Part shown: positions 54,890 to 64,000 of the stretch, one piece after another
How the letters are laid out: the number at the start of each line of letters is the position of its first letter
Position numbering within the stretch: position 1 is the stretch's first letter
Assembly (NCBI GenBank): GCA_964016885.1
Contig: OZ024740.1
Span: 382,602,001 to 382,666,000 of the forward strand
Direction: 5' to 3'
DNA: 64,000 nucleotides
Source: Eledone cirrhosa
Lineage: Eukaryota
Notes under the pieces: generated by a model
What the model saw: only the letters and a program-made list of their open reading frames with translations
What the model was told of the DNA's origin: nothing
Database searches by the model: none
Position numbers and translations under genes: made by a program

Positions 54890-55460
54890 TACATACATAC
54901 ATACGTACACACATACATACATACATACATACATACATACATACATACATACATACATACATACATACATGGTGGCTGCCAACTCGTTTTCGAGTACGGC
55001 CACTACTTTATATCCATGTAGGAGAACACTTACCGAAGCGTCAACGAGTGACTTTTTAGTCCAGCCAGCGACTTGAAAATCTGCTACAAACACTACACTT
55101 GTGACAATTACTGACACATAGTTCTGGGCCCATGGTACCATATGACAACAAGTGCAGAGAGATCTCCAGATATAAAGCAATGCCTGTGCCGTGAAGCTTT
55201 TATAGTGAGCAAAGGCACTGCACAAAGCCAGTCCCACTCTCTTAACCAAGATGATATTTACCAACGAGAAAAACATGTCAATATCATTGGATACCATCGG
55301 GGGTGTAGGTGTTATATCAGAGTTTTCCTTCTCCTAGAATTCTGCCTTGACAAAGGCTAAGGGGTCATCTCTCCCGGTGATTTTAGATGGCCATTGACTC
55401 TTAAGAGCTCCTTTGACTTTTGACAGGTTTTGTTTTTAATCCTGCAGGATGTCCAAAGTC
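52474..55460 (-). mobile_element. Head-to-tail array of five non-autonomous RTE-derived elements separated by (TATG)n
   Basis: Units at 52474-52883, 52937-53545, 53597-54205, 54269-54784 and 54970-55460. Common 3' end, variable 5' ends. RTE-5'UTR-like CTAGGAGAAGGAAAACTC and a relic CSVCTR.FKSLAGLKSH C2H2 tail. Confidence 0.8.
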
Positions 55461-55517
55461 TCATACATACATACATTCATACATAGATACATACATACAT
55501 ACATAATTATATATATA

Positions 55518-55569
<52 letters not shown>

Positions 55570-55857
55570 CAAATAACGAAACGAAATTAAATTTCGTTTC
55601 GTTTGTAACTCACTTTTGTATGACTGACGCTTAAACAATTAAGTTAAAAATGTACATCCACATATGTATACTGAAATACTAGTATGCATATGAATACACA
55701 CACGTATACATATGTAGATGTACCGAGTTTTTCACTGGTCACTTTACTGTGAGTGTCCAGCTATTCTGTATGTAAACACACAGACAAACCGGTTTTTAGA
55801 GTCATACTGGTTTTTGAGGAAACACCTTTCCTCTATTCTCCAGAAAACCAGGCAAGG

Positions 55858-55902
55858 AATATTGAACTAGTTTCGATGTTGTTACATCTCATCAGCAATA
55901 TT
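55858..55902 (-). ncRNA. Minimal type I hammerhead, array unit 1
   Basis: AATATTG-CTGATGA-GATGT AACA ACATC-GAAA-CTAG-TT-CAATATT. Confidence 0.92.
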
Positions 55903-56323
55903 TACCTATCTTCCGGCCTCTCTAGAGAATCGTAAAAGCACATATCGTTATATGCTTTTTCTATGAAAATTAGTAGTGGGCAGACTAATTTGCATAGAGC
56001 GTGAGTACGTACCGGTTCAACGGAGACGATAAAAACAAATAACGAAACGAAATTAAATTTCGTTTCGTTTGTAACTCACTTTTGTATGACTGACGCTTAA
56101 ACAATTAAGTTAAAAATGTACATCCACATATGTATACTGAAATACTAGTATGCATATGAATACACACACGTATACATATGTAGATGTACCGAGTTTTTCA
56201 CTGGTCACTTTACTGTGAGTGTCCAGCTATTCTGTATGTAAACACACAGACAAACCGGTTTTTAGAGTCATACTGGTTTTTGAGGAAACACCTTTCCTCT
56301 ATTCTCCAGAAAACCAGGCAAGG

Positions 56324-56368
56324 AATATTGAACTAGTTTCGATGTTGTTACATCTCATCAGCAATATT
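56324..56368 (-). ncRNA. Minimal type I hammerhead, array unit 2
   Basis: Identical to unit 1. Confidence 0.92.
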
Positions 56369-56789
56369 TACCTATCTTCCGGCCTCTCTAGAGAATCGTA
56401 AAAGCACATATCGTTATATGCTTTTTCTATGAAAATTAGTAGTGGGCAGACTAATTTGCATAGAGCGTGAGTACGTACCGGTTCAACGGAGACGATAAAA
56501 ACAAATAACGAAACGAAATTAAATTTCGTTTCGTTTGTAACTCACTTTTGTATGACTGACGCTTAAACAATTAAGTTAAAAATGTACATCCACATATGTA
56601 TACTGAAATACTAGTATGCATATGAATACACACACGTATACATATGTAGATGTACCGAGTTTTTCACTGGTCACTTTACTGTGAGTGTCCAGCTATTCTG
56701 TATGTAAACACACAGACAAACCGGTTTTTAGAGTCATACTGGTTTTTGAGGAAACACCTTTCCTCTATTCTCCAGAAAACCAGGCAAGG

Positions 56790-56834
56790 AATATTGAACT
56801 AGTTTCGATGTTGTTACATCTCATCAGCAATATT
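56790..56834 (-). ncRNA. Minimal type I hammerhead, array unit 3
   Basis: Identical to unit 1. Confidence 0.92.
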
Positions 56835-57255
56835 TACCTATCTTCCGGCCTCTCTAGAGAATCGTAAAAGCACATATCGTTATATGCTTTTTCTATGAAA
56901 ATTAGTAGTGGGCAGACTAATTTGCATAGAGCGTGAGTACGTACCGGTTCAACGGAGACGATAAAAACAAATAACGAAACGAAATTAAATTTCGTTTCGT
57001 TTGTAACTCACTTTTGTATGACTGACGCTTAAACAATTAAGTTAAAAATGTACATCCACATATGTATACTGAAATACTAGTATGCATATGAATACACACA
57101 CGTATACATATGTAGATGTACCGAGTTTTTCACTGGTCACTTTACTGTGAGTGTCCAGCTATTCTGTATGTAAACACACAGACAAACCGGTTTTTAGAGT
57201 CATACTGGTTTTTGAGGAAACACCTTTCCTCTATTCTCCAGAAAACCAGGCAAGG

Positions 57256-57300
57256 AATATTGAACTAGTTTCGATGTTGTTACATCTCATCAGCAATATT
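57256..57300 (-). ncRNA. Minimal type I hammerhead, array unit 4
   Basis: Identical to unit 1. Confidence 0.92.
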
Positions 57301-57721
57301 TACCTATCTTCCGGCCTCTCTAGAGAATCGTAAAAGCACATATCGTTATATGCTTTTTCTATGAAAATTAGTAGTGGGCAGACTAATTTGCATAGAGCGT
57401 GAGTACGTACCGGTTCAACGGAGACGATAAAAACAAATAACGAAACGAAATTAAATTTCGTTTCGTTTGTAACTCACTTTTGTATGACTGACGCTTAAAC
57501 AATTAAGTTAAAAATGTACATCCACATATGTATACTGAAATACTAGTATGCATATGAATACACACACGTATACATATGTAGATGTACCGAGTTTTTCACT
57601 GGTCACTTTACTGTGAGTGTCCAGCTATTCTGTATGTAAACACACAGACAAACCGGTTTTTAGAGTCATACTGGTTTTTGAGGAAACACCTTTCCTCTAT
57701 TCTCCAGAAAACCAGGCAAGG

Positions 57722-57766
57722 AATATTGAACTAGTTTCGATGTTGTTACATCTCATCAGCAATATT
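57722..57766 (-). ncRNA. Minimal type I hammerhead, array unit 5
   Basis: Identical to unit 1. Confidence 0.92.
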
Positions 57767-58187
57767 TACCTATCTTCCGGCCTCTCTAGAGAATCGTAAA
57801 AGCACATATCGTTATATGCTTTTTCTATGAAAATTAGTAGTGGGCAGACTAATTTGCATAGAGCGTGAGTACGTACCGGTTCAACGGAGACGATAAAAAC
57901 AAATAACGAAACGAAATTAAATTTCGTTTCGTTTGTAACTCACTTTTGTATGACTGACGCTTAAACAATTAAGTTAAAAATGTACATCCACATATGTATA
58001 CTGAAATACTAGTATGCATATGAATACACACACGTATACATATGTAGATGTACCGAGTTTTTCACTGGTCACTTTACTGTGAGTGTCCAGCTATTCTGTA
58101 TGTAAACACACAGACAAACCGGTTTTTAGAGTCATACTGGTTTTTGAGGAAACACCTTTCCTCTATTCTCCAGAAAACCAGGCAAGG

Positions 58188-58232
58188 AATATTGAACTAG
58201 TTTCGATGTTGTTACATCTCATCAGCAATATT
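58188..58232 (-). ncRNA. Minimal type I hammerhead, array unit 6
   Basis: Identical to unit 1. Confidence 0.92.
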
Positions 58233-58653
58233 TACCTATCTTCCGGCCTCTCTAGAGAATCGTAAAAGCACATATCGTTATATGCTTTTTCTATGAAAAT
58301 TAGTAGTGGGCAGAGTAATTTGCATAGAGCGTGAGTACGTACCGGTTCAACGGAGACGATAAAAACAAATAACGAAACGAAATTAAATTTCGTTTCGTTT
58401 GTAACTCACTTTTGTATGACTGACGCTTAAACAATTAAGTTAAAAATGTACATCCACATATGTATACTGAAATACTAGTATGCATATGAATACACACACG
58501 TATACATATGTAGATGTACCGAGTTTTTCACTGGTCACTTTACTGTGAGTGTCCAGCTATTCTGTATGTAAACACACAGACAAACCGGTTTTTAGAGTCA
58601 TACTGGTTTTTGAGGAAACACCTTTCCTCTATTCTCCAGAAAACCAGGCAAGG

Positions 58654-58698
58654 AATATTGAACTAGTTTCGATGTTGTTACATCTCATCAGCAATATT
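58654..58698 (-). ncRNA. Minimal type I hammerhead, array unit 7
   Basis: Identical to unit 1. Confidence 0.92.
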
Positions 58699-58928
58699 TA
58701 CCTATCTTCCGGCCTCTCTAGAGAATCGTAAAAGCACATATCGTTATATGCTTTTTCTATGAAAATTAGTAGTGGGCAGACTAATTTGCATAGAGCGTGA
58801 GTACGTACCGGTTCAACGGAGACGATAAAAACAAATAACAAATTAGTCTGCCCACTACTAATTTTCATAGAAAAAGCATATAACGATATGTGCTTTTACG
58901 ATTCTCTAGAGAGGCCGGAAGATAGGTA

Positions 58929-58973
58929 AATATTGCTGATGAGATGTAACAACATCGAAACTAGTTCAATATT
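58929..58973 (+). ncRNA. Minimal type I hammerhead, inverted unit 1
   Basis: AATATTGCTGATGAGATGTAACAACATCGAAACTAGTTCAATATT read directly on the plus strand. Confidence 0.92.
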
Positions 58974-59394
58974 CCTTGCCTGGTTTTCTGGAGAATAGAG
59001 GAAAGGTGTTTCCTCAAAAACCAGTATGACTCTAAAAACCGGTTTGTCTGTGTGTTTACATACAGAATAGCTGGACACTCACAGTAAAGTGACCAGTGAA
59101 AAACTCGGTACATCTACATATGTATACGTGTGTGTATTCATATGCATACTAGTATTTCAGTATACATATGTGGATGTACATTTTTAACTTAATTGTTTAA
59201 GCGTCAGTCATACAAAAGTGAGTTACAAACGAAACGAAATTTAATTTCGTTTCGTTATTTGTTTTTATCGTCTCCGTTGAACCGGTACGTACTCACGCTC
59301 TATGCAAATTAGTCTGCCCACTACTAATTTTCATAGAAAAAGCATATAACGATATGTGCTTTTACGATTCTCTAGAGAGGCCGGAAGATAGGTA

Positions 59395-59439
59395 AATATT
59401 GCTGATGAGATGTAACAACATCGAAACTAGTTCAATATT
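59395..59439 (+). ncRNA. Minimal type I hammerhead, inverted unit 2
   Basis: Identical to 58929-58973. Confidence 0.92.
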
Positions 59440-59654
59440 CCTTGCCTGGTTTTCTGGAGAATAGAGGAAAGGTGTTTCCTCAAAAACCAGTATGACTCTA
59501 AAAACCGGTTTGTCTGTGTGTTTACATACAGAATAGCTGGACACTCACAGTAAAGTGACCAGTGAAAAACTCGGTACATCTACATATGTATACGTGTGTG
59601 TATTCATATGCATACTAGTATTTCAGTATACATATGTGGATGTACATTTTTAAC

Positions 59655-59708
<54 letters not shown>

Positions 59709-59711
<3 letters not shown>

Positions 59712-62700
59712 GTGGGTGTAACTAGCAGTTACTGGCAGGTTCACCCGGGTGAGCACTCGATGTTTAGGTTCACTTCTGTGATGATGTGTAGAGCTATACA
59801 GAGTGTAAAATATAGAAAGGATAAAAAGGAGGATTGATTATTCCTTCATTGCATTTATTGATAGGTGATGCGCGTTTCGCCACTGATCAGCTCAAGGTTC
59901 GGTCTATATCGATCCTACCCGACTCAATAATCGGTAGCTCGACGGACCCTCTTAAAATGTTATGAGAAAATGAAATACATGCTATGTGGTAAAGTCAGAG
60001 TTTCAAGAGTTTGACAAAATGGGTTGTTTTGATTGGTGGGATGGATCAAGGCGATGTACTGGCCTGTAGTGTATATGGGGTGGGTGTGATGGTGAGATGT
60101 TGGTGACGGTCGGTGATGAGGTGGGTTGTGGTGTGGGGGTGGTGGGTTGGCCTTGGCGTGTAGAGTATGTGGGGGTGGATGTGATGATATTGTGGTGGTT
60201 ATGGTTATTTAGTGGGATGGGCTGTGGTATGAGGTTAGTGGATTGTCCGTAGATGGGTTGGCGTTTGAGTGGGGGTGTGGTAGTGGTGCCGTTGTCTACG
60301 GTAGCGGCGTTGTGGTGGTGTGGTGGATGTTGGGTGGTGTCAAGGTCCTTACATAGATACATATCTAGAGCGCTCTTCGTCTGACAGATACTTTGTAAAA
60401 ACGTATACGCACACACATATATGTATATATGTGCACATAAATTGTCGTATAAACACACACAACACAAAACACATACGCACATCCTTTCCCACACATATCG
60501 ACACACGCTCATACACAGCCATATGTATATGTACACACATGTATGTGCATGCGCGCATGCGGTAACGAATATGGAGAGTGGGGGTGTATCGGTGGAGGTG
60601 GCGAACGACAGAGATGGGGGGAAGGTGAGAGGCAATGTAGAAGGTGTTTTACATATATACATACACATACATACATATGGGTATGGGCACATGGACTCAC
60701 ACTCATGTATGCAAAATATACACATACACACTCACACACACGTATACCCACACATATATATGTACACACACATGTACAGACAACACACACGTACACGCAC
60801 ATATACACATACATGCACATATATGAGCTCACCTACACATACAGTCAGATTCACCCATATACATACATGTAGACGTACACATACACACACATGCATACAC
60901 ATACATATATACACACACATACACGTACGCATACACACACATACATATATACAGATATATATATATACACACATATAGATATATGTATACACATGTGTTC
61001 ACATATACACACACACACATACACATAAATATGCGTACACGCACGCACACTTAAACGGCCGTATGTGTAAAGATACTTACACACAGACACACACACTATT
61101 GTTGGTTGAAGAGTGGAGGTATGTGATGTAGGTGTTGATGAAGTATGGAGTTGTGTTTTGTGGTGGTGGTGGTGGAGTTGTGATGGACAAAAATATATAT
61201 ACCGGATCGAATACCGGTTAAAAGGTGACATGGGGAACGCGGGGGACAAGCGTTTATGGTCGTACGGCGATGTGTGTGTTGTGGACGTGGTGATGGTGGT
61301 GGTGCTGGGGTGATATGTTCGACAAGATGATTACATGATCAGAGGTTACGGTGTGTTATAGGGTAAGGCAGGGGGGGGGGGGGTATATAATACAGTCGAT
61401 CTGGGAGCGAGGGGTGATATGTGTTGCTGATGTTAATGATAATGATTGTTGAAGTATGTGGATGTATCTAGTGGTGGCGGTGGTTGTGTGTGCGTGCGAC
61501 AGTACAATTACAGGGTCGAATTTAGCGTGGGGTTGTAGGTTAGGGTAGATAGAGGGAACATGGGGGGATGAGGTTGTAGGCGTGTATGGTAGGCATATGA
61601 CGATGTGTGGTGTGGTGGTGGTGGCGATGGTGTGATATGATCGACATTGTATTTACAAGGTCCCTTGTCATTGTGGAGTGCAAGGTAGAACGTATCATAG
61701 GATACCGATCTAATACGATGTTGCAACGATGAGGTGTGTATCTTGATGTGAATTTTGGTGGTGGTGATGGTGATGTGTGCGGCATGATATACAAATGCGG
61801 GCTTAGAAATGGTTACATGGAGTACAATACAATAAATTCATTGAGGTGGGCGATGTTGAGACGGGGTATAGGTTGTTATTAATATGGTGTGTCATGGTTA
61901 GTGTGATTTTTGGTGTGGGTTATGTATGCGGCATGATATACAAAATACGGGCTTACATATGGTTAAATTCAATGCAATGAAATAAGATAAAGTGAAGTTA
62001 GATTAGAATTAAAGTTCGTTGAGATGGACCACCACCACAAAACACAACTCCATACTTCATCAACACCTACAACACATACCTCCACTCCCCAACCAACAAT
62101 AGTGTGTGTGTCTGTGTGTAAGTATTTTTATACATACGGCCGTTTAAGTGTGCGTGCGTGTACGCATATTTATGTGTATGTGTGTGTGTGTATATGTGAA
62201 CACATGTGTATACATATATCTATATGTGTGTATATATATATATCTGTATATATGTATGTATGTGTATGCGTATCTGTATGTGTGTGTATATATGTATGTG
62301 TATGTATGTGTGTGTGTGTGTACGTCTACATGTATGTATATGGGTGAATCTGACTGTATGTGTAGGTGAGCTCATATATGTGCATGTATGTGTATATGTG
62401 CGTGTATGTGTGTGTTGTCTGTACATGTGTGTGTATATATATATATATGTATGTGTGGGTATACGTGTGTGTGAGTGTGTATGTGTATATTTTGCATACA
62501 TGAGTGTGAATCCATGTGCCCATACCCATATGTATGTATGTGTATGTATATATGTAAAACACCTTCTACATTGCCTCTCACCTTCCCCCCATCTCTGTCG
62601 TTCGCCACCTCCACCGATACACCCCCACTCTCCATATTCATTACCGCATGCGGGCATGCACATACATGTGTGTACATATACATATGGCTGTGTATGAGCG

Positions 62701-63340
62701 TGTGTCGATATGTGTGGGCAAGGATGTGCGTATGTGTTTTGTGTTGTGTGTGTTTATACGACAATATATGTGCACATATATACATATATGTGTGTGCGTA
62801 TACGTTTATACAAAGTATCTGTCAGACAAAGAGCGTCTAGATATGTATCTATGTAAGGACCTTGACGCCACCCAACATCCACCACACCACCACAAACGCC
62901 GCTACCATAGACAATGGCACCACTGCCACACCCCCACCCACACGCCAACCCGTCTACTGACAATCCACTAACCTCATACCACAGCCCATCCCACTAAATA
63001 ACCATAACCACCACAATATCATCACATCCACCCCCACATACTCTACACGCCAAGGCCAACCCACCACCCCCACACCACAACCCACCTCATCACCGACCGT
63101 CACCAACATCTCACCATCACACCCACCCCATATACACTACAGGCCAGTACATCGCCTTGATCCATCCCACCAATCAAAACAACTCATTTTTTCAAACTCG
63201 TGAAACTCTGACTTTACCACATAGCATGTATTTCATTTTCTTATAGCATTTTAAGAGGATCCGTCGAGCTACCGATTATTGAGTCGGGTAGGATCGATAT
63301 AGATCGAACCTTGAGCTGATCAGTGGCGAAACGCGCGTCA

Positions 63341-63345
<5 letters not shown>
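59709..63345. mobile_element. 3.6-kb non-coding element with inverted arms of about 1.3 kb (59861-61170 / 62030-63345), probable PLE 3'-UTR/pLTR derivative
   Basis: Arms are near-identical reverse complements. Each ends in an HHR-like CTGATCA-G TGG C-GAAA-CGCGC(G/A)-TC. (TA)n on both sides. Confidence 0.7.
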
Positions 63346-63388
<43 letters not shown>

Positions 63389-63389
<1 letters not shown>

Positions 63390-63578
63390 CGAAGGAAATG
63401 TGGTAAGGAACCAGGTGGACCATAACGCACCAAAGTACTCAATACTTAGGGTAGTAGAGTGGGTAATAGGAACAAGTAAGACCCCGACGGTTGAGCTCAA
63501 GCCGTTTCGACGGCTAATTGAGTACAGAATTAGCCGTCGGAACGGCTTGAGCTCAGCCGTCGGGGCCTTACTTGTTCC

Positions 63579-63580
<2 letters not shown>
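63389..63580. repeat. Palindromic pLTR fragment made of two hammerhead 3' halves
   Basis: TAGGAACAAGTAAG...GACGGCTAATT GAGTACAG AATTAGCCGTC...CTTACTTGTTCCTA. Homologous to 14586-14638. (TA)n flanks. Confidence 0.75.
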
Positions 63581-63636
<56 letters not shown>

Positions 63637-63641
63637 TATAT

Positions 63642-63750
63642 TTCGTTTCTGAATTTGTTTAGCAAGATTCTTTATCTGAAATCGTGTGTTGAAACCGATA
63701 TTGTTATACTTTGGGAGGGTCATGTTGCCAATAAGAAACACACGCACTAG
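63642..63750 (-). mobile_element. Terminal fragment of the Naiad-type pLTR
   Basis: TGAAATCGTGTGTTGAAAC...TTGTTATACTTTGGGAGGGTCAT matches 26155-26202 and 41715-41760. Confidence 0.6.
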
Positions 63751-63776
63751 ATGCTTTCACTTCAATTTATTATATA

Positions 63777-64000
63777 CTAGCAGTAAAGCCCGGCGTTGCT
63801 CGGGGTCGCTCAGTAGCTGTGTTAAAGTTACAATGTTAAGTTTCTTTTTTGGCTTAAAAACTGTAGTGTCTACTGTGCAGACTTGCATGTGGTGTTTTTG
63901 ATTAATATTCCCTCAACCAACAATATGCCTTATGAAGTTAAGAAAACATAACGATAACCCGAATGTTATAACAAAAGAGGATGCTGGGGATAAAAACTGC
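63777..64000 (-). mobile_element. Helitron 3' terminus (element continues beyond the window)
   Basis: Minus strand: CCCGAGC AAC GCCGGG hairpin, 8 nt spacer, then CTAG followed by T. This is a canonical Helitron 3' end. Confidence 0.6.

Larger units (their letters stand above)
55563..59660. repeat. 466-bp hammerhead-containing tandem array (non-LTR retrozyme-like): 7 units + 15 nt, then about 1.76 inverted units
   Basis: Unit starts at 55563, 56029, 56495, 56961, 57427, 57893, 58359 and 58825. Inversion at 58839/58840. Only one substitution noticed (about 58315). (TA)n on both sides. Confidence 0.95.

Noticed and set aside
55753-59544. Repeated 60-aa ORF (MSSYSVCKHT...) in each 466-bp unit
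   Set aside because: GTG start, antisense to the hammerhead strand and no recognisable motif. It recurs only because the units are identical.
55563-59660. CRISPR array or plain centromeric satellite
   Set aside because: There are no unique spacers and the context is eukaryotic. The intact HHR in each unit and the (TA)n-anchored inversion fit a retro-origin better.

Overview
Eukaryotic, AT-rich, microsatellite-dense non-genic DNA, most likely cephalopod/octopus (inferred from a tRNA-derived SINE and the repeat landscape). I found no host protein-coding exon that I can support. Nearly all ORF-track entries are microsatellite translations or decayed transposons. The window is dominated by Penelope-like elements (PLEs: RT + GIY-YIG, two distinct clades) and their non-coding derivatives, plus Tx1/L1, RTE and R4-like LINE remnants, MITEs and a Helitron end. 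Reading for RNA structure by eye reveals more than 25 type I hammerhead ribozyme (HHR) motifs or remnants from about 10 unrelated sequence families. The main finding is a near-perfect 466-bp tandem array (55563-59660) with an intact minimal HHR in every unit: 7 copies in one orientation and about 1.8 inverted, with both 3' ends in (TA)n. This is the expected footprint of a retrozyme-like circular RNA copied by rolling-circle reverse transcription from both ends of a break. Other recurring signals are a C.C mismatch at the fourth pair of helix II in five HHRs of different sequence, non-canonical HHR cores, and a repeated architecture in which two 3' ends face outward into (TA)n.
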